NCBI GenBank assembly: GCA_963812155.1
Contig: CAWETW010000001.1
Coordinates: forward strand, 448,001 to 512,000
DNA length: 64,000 nucleotides
Reading direction: 5' to 3'
Origin: Vulcanimicrobiota bacterium
GTDB lineage: Bacteria; Vulcanimicrobiota; Vulcanimicrobiia; Vulcanimicrobiales; Vulcanimicrobiaceae
In this document: positions 32,745-42,562 of the stretch, piece by piece
Position numbering within the stretch: the first letter of the stretch is position 1
Layout of the letters: the number at the start of each line of letters is the position of its first letter
Position numbers and translations under genes: made by a program
Notes under the pieces: generated by a model
What the model was told of the DNA's origin: nothing
The model's input: only the letters and a program-made list of their open reading frames with translations
Database searches by the model: none

Positions 32745-33763
32745 TCGTCGAGGTCACGCGCGGCGAGATCGTCGAGTCGGTTCACCGGGTCGCGGCCTGC
32801 GCGAGCGACGACCGCGGCAACGTCGTGCTGGAGCGTGGAGAAATCGACGTCCCCGTCTATCTGCGCTCTACCGCCAAACCGTTTATCGCGGCGGCGGCCG
32901 TGCGCGCCGGCGTCGTCGAGCGATTCGGTTTCGACACGCACGAGATCGCCTTGATGGCGGCATCGCACAACGGCGAGCCGTTCCACATCGCCGCGGTGCG
33001 CTCGATGCTGCACAAAATCGGCGTCTCCGAAAGCGCGCTCCAGTGCGGGCCGCACCCGCCGTACGACACGGCGTCGGCCGAAGCGCTGGCTGCGCGACGG
33101 CGTCGCGTTCTCGCCGATCCACAACAACTGCTCCGGCAAGCACGCCGGCATCTCGCGCTGAGCGTGATGCTCGGTGCCGACGTTGCGGCACTATCGCGAC
33201 CCGCGAGCTCGCCGGCGCAGCAGCGCATTCTGGAGCTCTGCGCGCGTGCGTGCGGAACGTGACGTTCGACGACTTGCCGCTCGGAGTCGACGGCTGCGGA
33301 ATTCCGGTCTTCGCGGTGCCCGCTGCGCACAGCGCGGCGCTCGCGTTTGCCCGCGTTCGCAACGTTGAACGGCCTCGACGACGGCGATGCGCGCGCGCTT
33401 GCGCGTGGTTCGCGACGCCATGATGGCGGCATCCGGAATACGTCGCCGGAACCGGCGAGTTCGACACGGCGCTGATGCGCGCGGCCCGCGGAACGATCGT
33501 CGCTAAGTCGGGCGCGGAAGGCGTGCACGGACTGGCGCATCTGCCTTCCGGCACGGGACTGGTGCTGAAGGTCGTGGACGGCGGCCGCGCCGAGCGGTTC
33601 CACCGGCGACGATGGAACTCGCACGGCGCGCCCGAGCTCGCTCGACGCAGCCGCGTTCGCCGAGCGTTGGAGTCTTTTGCCGTCGTTACGCGTGTGCAAC
33701 CGCGCGGCGCTCGCTGCCGGGACTCATTCGCAGCGGCGGTGTCGCTAGAACGCGGCGGCATGA
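32741..33763 (+). CDS. Class 3 (Rhizobium-type) L-asparaginase-like protein; several frameshifts (error or pseudogene)
   Basis: RG..VES.H, RSTAKPF, ASHNGE, HNNCSGKH, DGCG.P, AKSGAEG, LKVVDG spread over different frames. Confidence 0.8.
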
Positions 33764-34293
33764 CGATTCGTACGGCCTCGCAACGGCAAGTACGCGCGTT
33801 GCTCGCACGGCGAGCGCGACTGCGTTCGCGAACGCCGCGAATTTCGCGGCCTTCGTCTATCGACGAGGTTCCCGGCATCAACTGGGCAGGGTTCTACTTC
33901 GCCGATCCCCAGGGCGATCTCGTGCTCGGGCCGTTCGGCGGAGCTCCGGCGTGCACGCGCCTACCGCACGGACGCGGCGTTTGCGGCGCCGCACTGCTTC
34001 GCCGCGAAACGGTCGTCGTCGACGACGTTGCGGCATTTGCCGATCACATCGCCTGCGATTCGGCGTCACGCTCGGAGATCGTCGTGCCGTTCTTCGATCC
34101 GGCACGGTGGCCGGCGTCTTCGACGTCGACAGCCTCGCGGTCGCGACGGTTCGGCAACGCCGATCGCGCCGGCATCGAGTCGCTCGTCGCCGCGTTTGCG
34201 GACGCTTCCGGTTACGGCGGCGGCGGTGCGCCCGGCGGCGGTCCGTCCGGCGGCGGCGCGCCATCGGCCGGAGGCGGCCCTCCGGGGGGCTGA
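33760..34293 (+). CDS. GAF-domain free methionine-R-sulfoxide reductase-like (MsrC/YebR) protein; frameshifted, end approximate
   Basis: AN.AN, INWAGFY, LVLGPF.G.PAC, GRGVCG, HIACDSASRSEIVVP, V.DVDS. Confidence 0.8.
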   Translation: MTIRTASQRQVRALLARRARLRSRTPRISRPSSIDEVPGINWAGFYFADPQGDLVLGPFGGAPACTRLPHGRGVCGAALLRRETVVVDDVAAFADHIACDSASRSEIVVPFFDPARWPASSTSTASRSRRFGNADRAGIESLVAAFADASGYGGGGAPGGGPSGGGAPSAGGGPPGG

Positions 34294-34859
34294 GGTCCGT
34301 CCGGACCATGCCGCATTCCGGGCATTCCCGGCATGCCCATCATCATCGGCGACCGGTGCGCGAGCACCATCAGCACGACGTTGCCCGCGTCGTTTGCGCC
34401 GGGCATCGACATCGGATGCGCCGGCCGGTTCGACCACTGTCCGTGGGAGCTTGCGCCTTGACGCGCGAGCTGATCGTGAAGCTGCTGCATCAGCGCCTGG
34501 CTTTGCGTAACGAACGCGTCGTGCAGCGAAAGAATCCGCTGCTGTTCGCCCGAGGAGAGCACCGCGTCGATCTGTTTAGCGGTCGCTGCCGGATCGGGGC
34601 TCGCTGAAATCACCATCTGCCCAATGGCATCGGCGATCGCCGTACGGTGATCGGGCGAAACGGCCTCGAGTATCTGCGAGCGCAGCTGCTGATGCATCTG
34701 CATCTCTTTTTGGCGAAAGGCTTGGATCTGGCCCGACATCGCTTGACGTTGGGCCGGCGAGAGCGGCGACGGCGCCTGCGCCGAGTCGTTGGGATCGGCC
34801 AACGCGGCGCACGGCAAGGCAACCAGCGCCAATGCTAACGCGAGAAAGTGCTTGGTCAT
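34212..34859 (-). CDS. Secreted helical protein with Met/Pro-rich tail
   Basis: Signal peptide ending ALA; Gln-rich helices (LS..Q repeats); PPP tail. Confidence 0.6.
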   Translation of the reverse strand: MTKHFLALALALVALPCAALADPNDSAQAPSPLSPAQRQAMSGQIQAFRQKEMQMHQQLRSQILEAVSPDHRTAIADAIGQMVISASPDPAATAKQIDAVLSSGEQQRILSLHDAFVTQSQALMQQLHDQLARQGASSHGQWSNRPAHPMSMPGANDAGNVVLMVLAHRSPMMMGMPGMPGMRHGPDGPQPPGGPPPADGAPPPDGPPPGAPPPP

Positions 34860-34863
34860 GGCG

Positions 34864-35823
34864 TCATGGTAGGACATCCATCCCTAAATCCCCCTGAGAA
34901 ACGGCCGCTCGGCCGTGAGGCCCGTTGAGATCCTGCATCGGGCCGATCGGGACGATACGAGTCGGATTGATGTCGTCGTGCGTGTAGTAATAGTGGCGCT
35001 TGATGTGGTCGAAGTTGACGGTCTCCGCGATGCCGTCGATTTGGTAGAGGTCGCGCAGATATCCGTAGAGATTTGGATAATCGGCGATGCGCCGGAGGTT
35101 GCACTTGAAATGACCGTAGTAAACGGCGTCGAAGCGAACGAGCGTTACGAAGAATCGCCAATCCGTTTCGAGCGGGCGGCTTCCGAAAAGATAGCGGCTG
35201 GTCGCCAGCCGCTCCTCCATCTCGTCGAGCACTTCGAACAGACGGTACGCCGCCCGTTCGTACGCGCGCTGACCGGTCGCAAAGCCCGCGCGGTAGACGC
35301 CGTCGTTAACCGTTTCGTACAGGCGCTCGTTGAGCGCGTCGATCGCGGCGCGTTGGGGTTCGGGATACAGATCGAGTCCGGCATCCCCGAACGAACCGAA
35401 CTCGGTCTCGAACATGCGCATAATGTCGTCATCGGAGTTGCTCACGATACGCTTGGTTTTCGCGTCCCACAGCACCGGAACCGTGACGCGCCCGGTGAAG
35501 GCGGGATCGGTTGCGAAGTACGCCTCGCTGAGGAACGCCCAGCCGTTGAGCGGATCGGGTGCGGGGAAGCGCCACCCTCGCGCGTCGCGGATCGGATCGA
35601 CGACGGTCATGCCGACGACGCGTTCGAGCCGCTTGAGCGCGCGCACGATTATGGTGCGATGCGCCCACGGGCACGCGAGCGATACGTAGAGATGGTAGCG
35701 TCCGGCCTGGGCGGGAAATTCGGACGTGCCGTGTCCTCGGACCCAGTTGCGAAAGGCGTCTTGCTGACGGACGAACTCCCCCGACGCCGATTGTTCGGCC
35801 GGAAACTGCGCTTTTGCCGTCAT
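34864..35823 (-). CDS. Glutathionyl-hydroquinone reductase (Xi/omega-like GST, YqjG family)
   Basis: GRYHLYVSLACPWAHR, TVPVLWD, N.GVYRAGFA, LVRFDAVY..HFKCN, HIKRHYY. Confidence 0.92.
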   Translation of the reverse strand: MTAKAQFPAEQSASGEFVRQQDAFRNWVRGHGTSEFPAQAGRYHLYVSLACPWAHRTIIVRALKRLERVVGMTVVDPIRDARGWRFPAPDPLNGWAFLSEAYFATDPAFTGRVTVPVLWDAKTKRIVSNSDDDIMRMFETEFGSFGDAGLDLYPEPQRAAIDALNERLYETVNDGVYRAGFATGQRAYERAAYRLFEVLDEMEERLATSRYLFGSRPLETDWRFFVTLVRFDAVYYGHFKCNLRRIADYPNLYGYLRDLYQIDGIAETVNFDHIKRHYYYTHDDINPTRIVPIGPMQDLNGPHGRAAVSQGDLGMDVLP

Positions 35824-35892
35824 GTCCGGCATAACCGCGAGATGGGCGGCATCGTTGCTCGCAGAAGAGCGCTCGCAGGGAGTCTCTGCATA

Positions 35893-36348
35893 GTGTTCCG
35901 TCTCGCCGCAAAAGCCGGGCTCGCAGCCGTGCTGGCCTTTGGGATCGGCGCCTGTGCGCCGCGAGCGGACGGGCAAACGGCCGCGCGCGCCGGCGCGGCG
36001 GCATCCGAGCCGTTTGCGCGATTCGCCTATCCCGGCGCCCAGGCGGACGACCCGAGCACCTTTACCACGACCGACGGGCATCGAACTCGCACGATCGCGG
36101 GCTTTTCGACGCCGGACGCATTCGCAAAGGTGTACGCGTATTACCGGCAGCGCTTACCGAGCAATTCCCAAACCATGCGCGTAATCAGTGCGAACGGGTC
36201 GGTCGCGACCTTCTACATCGAAAGCCGCGGCGCGCCCGAAGCGATGGCGGTGCAAATCTCGTCCGACAAACCCAACGTCACCCGGATTCTGCTGACGCGC
36301 TACGCGTTGCGCGGTTTGAAATCGAGGGACCGCGAGTTGATGCAGTAG
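35893..36348 (+). CDS. Hypothetical lipoprotein; start uncertain
   Basis: IGAC lipobox; YPGA and F.T.D...KV..YY motifs. Confidence 0.5.
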   Translation: MFRLAAKAGLAAVLAFGIGACAPRADGQTAARAGAAASEPFARFAYPGAQADDPSTFTTTDGHRTRTIAGFSTPDAFAKVYAYYRQRLPSNSQTMRVISANGSVATFYIESRGAPEAMAVQISSDKPNVTRILLTRYALRGLKSRDRELMQ

Positions 36349-36713
36349 CGGGTTCCTTCGGGGCCGGGTCCGTCGTCGAACACGTGTCCGAGATGTGAGT
36401 CGCAGCGGCGGCAACGCACCTCCGTGCGGCGCATGCCAAGACTGTCGTCGTCGAGCAGCCGTACGTTGCGCTGCTCTTCCGGACTCGTAAAACTCGGCCA
36501 TCCGCAGTGCGAATCGAATTTCGCATCCGACGAAAAAAGCTCGGCGCCACACGCGCCGCAGACGTACGCTCCGTCGTCGCGTAGCGCGAGCAAACTGCCG
36601 GTAAAGGGCGCCTCGGTTCCAGCCTCGCGGAGGATATGATATCGCTCGGCTCCGAGTTCCTTGCGCCACTCTTCTTCGGTCTTTTCCACTTCGGGCTTGA
36701 CGTCGTGATGCAC
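36300..36713 (-). CDS. msrB: Peptide-methionine (R)-S-oxide reductase
   Basis: GTEAPF, KFDSHCGWPSF, HLGHVFDDGP, RYCINS; two CxxC. Confidence 0.96.
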   Translation of the reverse strand: MHHDVKPEVEKTEEEWRKELGAERYHILREAGTEAPFTGSLLALRDDGAYVCGACGAELFSSDAKFDSHCGWPSFTSPEEQRNVRLLDDDSLGMRRTEVRCRRCDSHLGHVFDDGPGPEGTRYCINSRSLDFKPRNA

Positions 36714-36724
36714 GGTTTCTTCCT

Positions 36725-37246
36725 TTATACGGTGCGCTTCCAGACGAGGCGGTTCGACGTTCCCCAAATCTCCGGCGGAAGCGTGCGGATCGTCAGCGTA
36801 TCGCCCTCGAGCGTAAATTGCCGTTCGAGCGTCGTGCCCACGAGACTGGTGAACACGCTCACCTCGACGTGATGGAAGACGTGGTTGCCGCGAATCTCAT
36901 AGCGCCCGGCGTACGAGAGAAAGTTTGCGAGCGATTCGTTGAGTTCTTCCTTGGTTGAGCCGGCGCCGCTGGGGGCATCGAGTTTGGCACGGTGCGACGC
37001 CATCAGCACCGCGGACATCCGGCCGCTTGGCGTGTACATGAGGTAGCCGACCGGGTTGGGCCCGAAGCGCGGACGTCCGCGTTCCGACGCCGTATCCACG
37101 ACGAAGCTTTCGAGCGCCCACGCACCGACGACCGAGGTGTTGACCGCCGTCGCCGGGGCGGCGATTGCGATGCCGGGGGTTCGCGCAGCGGCAATGACGC
37201 CGAACGACGCCGCTGCGCCGAGCAACTGTTTGCGGGAGAGACTCAT
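36725..37246 (-). CDS. Lipocalin-like domain protein with Tat-like signal
   Basis: SRKQLL; VGAW.L.S, P.GYL.YT..GRMS, SY.GRY, L.WKR. Confidence 0.75.
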   Translation of the reverse strand: MSLSRKQLLGAAASFGVIAAARTPGIAIAAPATAVNTSVVGAWALESFVVDTASERGRPRFGPNPVGYLMYTPSGRMSAVLMASHRAKLDAPSGAGSTKEELNESLANFLSYAGRYEIRGNHVFHHVEVSVFTSLVGTTLERQFTLEGDTLTIRTLPPEIWGTSNRLVWKRTV

Positions 37247-37251
37247 CCTGC

Positions 37252-37890
37252 CTAACTTCTCCTATCGGATCGCAGCGGTAGCGAAGTTTCCAGCAAGGGC
37301 GTTCCGCATTCAAGCGGAGCGCCCGCGTCTAAAATGGAGCCGTTGGCGGGGATTGAACCCGCGCTCTCATCCTTACCAAGGATGTGCTTTACCACTAAGC
37401 TACAACGGCAATGGTTGCGACCACCATGCGGTACTCCGTCTGTGGCTTTGCTCCCTACCGAACGATTAGCTTGCGCAAGAAGGTACCGATCGGCCCATCT
37501 GACCGCCCGGTTCTGGCCGTTCTTCGCGGGCGTCCATCGTAACGATGCATGGAAGCTGACGTCCTGGACGGGGACAAGAAAAACTGCTTCGAGATCCGGG
37601 CAGAAGACGGCGAAGGCTTCGATCTCTCCTGCGTACCCGCGACACGAGACTCCGTTGCGATGCGAATGCGTACTATGGCATTTGAACAAGATTGCTCCTT
37701 TTCTCAAGCGGCCGGTCTTCACTTGGATCCGAAGGAGCGTGTTGTTCTTTTCGGCGATCAGATCGTAGCGCTGATTCTCCCCGAACGGAACCGACACGAG
37801 ATAGCCGGCGCGTACAAGCGCGGTAAGAACTTCTATTTCGGATCGATCGCCAATTCGTTTTGTGTCCCGCTTTGCCGGCCGCTCTTCCAT
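37252..37890 (-). CDS. PD-(D/E)XK endonuclease (PDDEXK_5-like); ORF continues through tRNA-Thr
   Basis: G..SE, VS.PFG...YDLI, RIQVKT, Y..EI..FAV. Confidence 0.8.
   Translation of the reverse strand: MEERPAKRDTKRIGDRSEIEVLTALVRAGYLVSVPFGENQRYDLIAEKNNTLLRIQVKTGRLRKGAILFKCHSTHSHRNGVSCRGYAGEIEAFAVFCPDLEAVFLVPVQDVSFHASLRWTPAKNGQNRAVRWADRYLLAQANRSVGSKATDGVPHGGRNHCRCSLVVKHILGKDESAGSIPANGSILDAGAPLECGTPLLETSLPLRSDRRS
37335..37409 (-). tRNA. tRNA-Thr(GGT)
   Basis: GCCGTTG acceptor, CATCC-TTGGTAA-GGATG, TTCAATC loop, encoded CCA. Confidence 0.96.
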
Positions 37891-37977
37891 GAATTTATTG
37901 TGCCGGAATCGTATGCCACCAGTATGGCATTAACGAATTGTTGCCGCTCTATTCATAGACCGCCGCGCACGACTTGG

Positions 37978-38262
37978 TTAGCCGGGATGTTCGGTCGTCG
38001 GATCGATCGTCTTGCGAATCTCAGTGATTTTCGTCGCCGGGAAACCGCTCATCTCGGCGTGCTTGTTAATAAGGCTCTCGTCTTTGGCGAGGTAGACGCA
38101 GAACGTTTTGTCGCCCGCAACGTAACTCTCGACCCATTGAATGTCGGGCGCCAGTTGGTTCAACACCGCGTTCGACTGTGCGGCCGCCTCGCGAAGTTGC
38201 TCGCGCTCCAGGGTGCCTACGTTGGGAATGTCACGTTCGATAATGTACTTGCGCAGGGCCAT
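37978..38262 (-). CDS. DUF4242-family small protein
   Basis: YIIER.IP..G, IQWVESYV..DKTFCVY.A, H...GFPA..I.E. Confidence 0.8.
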   Translation of the reverse strand: MALRKYIIERDIPNVGTLEREQLREAAAQSNAVLNQLAPDIQWVESYVAGDKTFCVYLAKDESLINKHAEMSGFPATKITEIRKTIDPTTEHPG

Positions 38263-38383
38263 TGCGTACCTCCAGGGGCGTCCGCTTCTCGCTCGGGGCA
38301 CTCGGCCCATTCTTTCGCAAACGCCGCGGTTTTTGCGCAGCGCACCAGGGGTGTCCAGCCCGCAAAGTCCAATAGCACGACGC

Positions 38384-38989
38384 ATGCGCGTACACTCCCT
38401 CGCCGCAGCGGCGGCCATTCTCGTCGCCGCACTCGGCGCGTGCTCGGGTTCGAAGCAGAGCCAAAACGCCGCGCCCTACGGCACCGGCGACCCGATGCTC
38501 GCCCAAGTCAATCCATACGGCGGTCCGCTCGACCCGTTCCTCACCGACGGAAACGCGGTTCGCAAAGCGCTATCTACGCTGGCCGCGCGCTATGCGCCGC
38601 TGCGTCTCACGTCGATAAGCGCTGTGGCGGGCCATGGCCTCACCATCGACGTGGTGGAACCGATTCGCAGCGACAAAGTGGTACGTTACATGATCTTTCC
38701 GACCGGAAAGACGTTAGGCCCGATACCGGTGAAGCTCGTCGTCGGAGGCGGGGTTGCCACGCCCGCTGACATCTCCACGTTGGCGTTCGATCCGAACACG
38801 ATTGCGTTCGAGCGGCTCAAGCCGGCGGTACGCGATGCGATCGCACGTTCGAAACTGCAAGACGGACGCATCAGTCAGTGGGGGCTCGGCGGCGCCAAGA
38901 AGCACGTCTATATGATTATCGATGCGATACCGCTTCGGCGCGCCGTGCTCTACGATCACCAACTGCGCTTCGTGCGCGTGATGGAGTAG
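38384..38989 (+). CDS. Hypothetical lipoprotein
   Basis: LGAC lipobox, intact ORF. Confidence 0.6.
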   Translation: MRVHSLAAAAAILVAALGACSGSKQSQNAAPYGTGDPMLAQVNPYGGPLDPFLTDGNAVRKALSTLAARYAPLRLTSISAVAGHGLTIDVVEPIRSDKVVRYMIFPTGKTLGPIPVKLVVGGGVATPADISTLAFDPNTIAFERLKPAVRDAIARSKLQDGRISQWGLGGAKKHVYMIIDAIPLRRAVLYDHQLRFVRVME

Positions 38990-39128
38990 GCCGGCTTTCA
39001 GATGTTCGAGTTGGTTGACGTAATTCCCAACTCGACATTCTCTTTCTGCCGAAGCGAGCGACGTTCGATCCGGGGTGTTCAGCTCGGCAGCGTCCGCCGT
39101 ACGCGTACGCTGCCGGCTCGAATCGCGC

Positions 39129-39500
39129 CTAGCCCGGGGTGGTGGGTCCCGTCGTCAAGAGCGTTGCGTAGAACGTTCCGTTATCCCAATAACCATGGGC
39201 CACGATTTGACGTCCGACCGCGACGCGGCCCGTGAGTTCATTTTTCAGGGCGAGCGAATCGTCGATTACCACGGTCCGATCGCTCTGCTGTACCGTGACG
39301 AGATGTCCCTTCACAATGGTAATCGTTCCGGAAACCCGTTCGTGTTTGTGAACGTCGGATGCGCAGCTACCGTTGGAAACCCACGAATCGCCTTGCCACG
39401 TGCCGCAACTCGAATCGACGTAGGGCGGCGTCTGCGCGCCGGCCGGCACAGCGAGCATCAGACCGAGAAACGCGCCGGCGGCGACGAGCGAACTTTTCAT
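39129..39500 (-). CDS. Small secreted protein, possible OB fold
   Basis: Signal peptide; G.IT.V.G..VTV...G..I.AHG......F.A; SD present. Confidence 0.6.
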   Translation of the reverse strand: MKSSLVAAGAFLGLMLAVPAGAQTPPYVDSSCGTWQGDSWVSNGSCASDVHKHERVSGTITIVKGHLVTVQQSDRTVVIDDSLALKNELTGRVAVGRQIVAHGYWDNGTFYATLLTTGPTTPG

Positions 39501-39742
39501 TTTCAACGCAGTCCTTTCTCTTGTAAGCGAGCAGTCCGTTCACGTCTATACCCGAAAGTTCCCGAAAGATTGCCCGGCGGGCGCATGCTCGCTCAGCGAC
39601 GCACCGGGGCACAGCAGACGAGCGCCGCCTGCTTCAGGGTTTTCTCACGAGTTCGCGTTACGCTGCCGCCGCACGGGATGCGCCGGCCGTTGCGTCCGCC
39701 TCCGGTGGGACGCGCCTCTCGGGTCCGGCCGGCGCTCTCGCG

Positions 39743-40017
39743 TTTAACCGCCGGAGTCGGCTTCGGTTGGTTCACGAGTTCTGAAATCGCCGTTGCCAAA
39801 TCGGCCACAGTGCCGAGCGACGAAATGCTTTCCAGCGGAAATTCGATCCCGAACTCTTGCTCGACGTTCATCATAAACACCGTATGGCTCAGCGAATCCC
39901 AGCCGCGAATGTCGGGCGCTACGGTTCCTTCGCCGAAATCTTTTCGGCACAATCGAACGTCTAGACCGCAACGCGGCGCAGCCTTCGCATAACGTCCGCT
40001 CGCGTAAGTTCCGTCAC
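39743..40017 (-). CDS. Acyl carrier protein, disrupted in this sequence; boundaries approximate
   Basis: DIRGWDSL...VEQEFGIEF...TV.DL; GTG overlaps the FAAL stop; internal TAG and frameshift. Confidence 0.7.
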
Positions 40018-41633
40018 GGTCGTGCGCCGTTTCCAAATTCGCGAACGTATCACGAGTGTTGGCATCGCGGCTGATTTTACCGCTGGTCGTCTTGACGAGC
40101 CAGCCGCGTCGAACCAGGCATACGTCGGACACCGTTACGCCCGCCGTCGCAAATATCTCGGCCTTGATAAGCCGGATCGTTTCGAGATCGCCGTTCGTGT
40201 CGTCCGTCGCGCGCTCCGCTACGACCACGAGATCCTGACTGCCGATCTTTTCATTGTAGATTCCTAACGCAACGGCGCGCCCCGGCTTTACGCCGTCGTG
40301 GCAAATCGTTCGTTCGATTTCGGTGGGCGTAGAGGTTCTTCCCGCGAACGATCAGCATATCGTCTACGCGGCCGGTGACGTATAACTCCCCGTCCGTGAC
40401 GAAGCCCATGTCGCCGGTGGCGTACCAGCCGTTCTTCAGCGACGGCGTTTCCGCACGCAAGTAATATCCTGCGAAGAGCGAGTCGCCGGCAACCTGCACG
40501 TGCCCAACGACGCCGTCGGCGAGCGCGTCGCCGGCCGCATCCGCGATGCGGACCGAGACACCGTCGATCGGTTTGCCGCACGAGAGGTATTCGGCAGCTC
40601 GTGCTCCGTCGTCAAGGGTCACCGAGCGCGGGCGGACGGATAGATCCGTCTGAGCGACCGCGAACACGTTCTCCGCCATCGCATAGCACACCTGAAGGGC
40701 CTCGTCTCTGAGTTCGCAGCCTTCGAACCGTTCGCGAAAGGCGTCGAACGCGGCCGGCTTGCACGGCTCGGAACAGTTGATGAGCGCGCGGATCGAGGAC
40801 AGGCTCCAGGATTTCGAGCGCGGTGCGGTTCGGGCGATGTGTAGAAACGCAAAGTTCGGCATCCACGCAAGCGTTGCGCGATAGCGCTCGACTGCGTCGA
40901 GCAGCATCGACGGGCGGGAGACCCAGTCGAACGGACTGATGTTGACGGTCGTCACGCCGCGCAATGCCGGCAATATGAAGCACGCGATCAGACCCATGTC
41001 GTGGTACAAGGGCAGCCAACTGGCGATCACGTCGTCCTCGGTGAGGCGCAGCGCCTTCGAATAGGATGCCGCCTGCGCCAGCACGATGCGATGGCTAAGG
41101 GCTACCCCCTTCTTGAGGTTCGTCGTGCCCGAGCTGTGCTGCAGAAACGCAATGTCGTTCTCATCGCCGAGCGCCGTCCGTACCGCGGGAACATCGGCCG
41201 CGCCGTGCCCGTTCGGACAGGTCACGATGCGGGCGGCGACGCTGGGAAGGTGCCGGCGAAGCGCGTGAACGTTAGCAGCGTCGGTGACGATGACGCTTGC
41301 CCGCAATCGCTCGAATAAGCGCTGATGAGCGCTCCAGAACAGTTGGGGATCCTGGTGCGGAGACAGCGTCGGGAAGATGCTCGGGATAGCTCCCACGAGC
41401 ATCGAGCCGACGAACGCGGGGAAAATAGCGTTGTCGTGATTCATCATGACGACGACGACATCGCCCTTCCTCGTTCCACGATCGCGCAGCCAATCCGAGA
41501 AGGCCCCAGCTTCCCGCGCGAGATCGCCGTACGACAACGTCTTCGTGCCGCCGCTCTCGATGAGGATAGAAAATGGTTTCGCAGGCAAGGCGAGGGCGCG
41601 CGCGATAATCGCGCCCGGGACGGTAGTGCGCAC
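40014..41633 (-). CDS. Fatty acyl-AMP ligase-like adenylation enzyme; frameshifts in 3' part
   Basis: FLQHSSGTT..KKG, SWLPLYHDMGLI, CYAMAE, WYATGD, GR.DD.LIVRG.N, KTTSGK. Confidence 0.85.
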
Positions 41634-41634
41634 G

Positions 41635-42511
41635 TTACCGATGGCCGGCTATTTTTCCATCGTAGTTGAGATAGAACTCGGTCCATTCGGTAAAGGTGAA
41701 CGTGCGGCCCAGCCATTCGTACCGTAAACCTGGATCGTACCATTCCAACTCGAAATGCTCGGCCACCCCCGGATGAACGGGGCTTTGCCCGTAAAAAGCC
41801 TTTCTTTCGTCGAGCCACCGCCGAACGGCTCCGGACGTCACCGGCGGCGTGCGGCCGAGCGTCGCTGCGACCTCCGGTCGTGAAAACAGTTGCATAGTGA
41901 TGTACGTCATGAATTCTTCGGTCGGATGGTGGAACATATAAAACAGTCGCGTGCGACGGAAGTTGGAGATGACGTAGTCGGCGACCTGGATCTCACAATC
42001 CCGCTCTCGCGATTTCATATCAGTGGTTTCTATTTCGTGTTTTCGGTCGAGGTTAACGACTAAGTTGATATCGACCGCAAGGTACGAGGCGAGCCGGTCC
42101 TTCGGGTTTGCCACAACGCGTCTGATATTTAGAGCGGAGCCGGTCCGATATCGCGAACGGGAAAAGGCCCCACGGCGCTTGAGGCGGGTCCAGCACGTTG
42201 CGTGGATCCGTCGTCATAAGCGGCCATAAGCTATTGAAGTGAATTGTCGGCACGCGCAACGTGCGACAGGAAGGCGGCAGACGAAGCCTTTCCGCATCGG
42301 TGAGCGCGTGATATTTTTTCCAGGGTGCCGCCTCAACTACGAGCAGGGAGCACCGCGACAGCACCTCATCGTCGACCGGCGTGCGTCCGTTCGGACCGCT
42401 CTGCGACGCAACGAACTCGAATGCATCGCGCGAGCCGGAGAGTTCTCGAAGCGCGTCGACCAACACCCCAATAACGCAGTTGCCCACTCCAAGAATAACC
42501 GGTTTGCTCAC
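41635..42511 (-). CDS. WcbI-like polysaccharide biosynthesis/acetyltransferase protein; frameshift near 42130
   Basis: GNC, P.IHF...WP, I..NFR..RLFY...HP, PVHP.VA.HF.L.W. Confidence 0.7.
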
Positions 42512-42562
42512 GTCGAATAGACCTTACAACGCGGCGAAGCGGTCCTATTACCTGCGACGATG

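Noticed and set aside
37410..37480. Minus-strand GGGAGCAAAGCCAC...ATGGTGGTCG resembling a c-di-GMP-I riboswitch
   Set aside because: Lacks the GNRA tetraloop and its receptor, and lies before a tRNA inside an ORF
37335..37890. Group I intron suggested by the nuclease family
   Set aside because: The tRNA is uninterrupted and no intron core elements were recognisable
39593..40228. Apparent FAAL C-terminus-ACP fusion ORF
   Set aside because: Better explained by frameshifts; a GTGA stop/start overlap at 40014-40017 indicates separate genes
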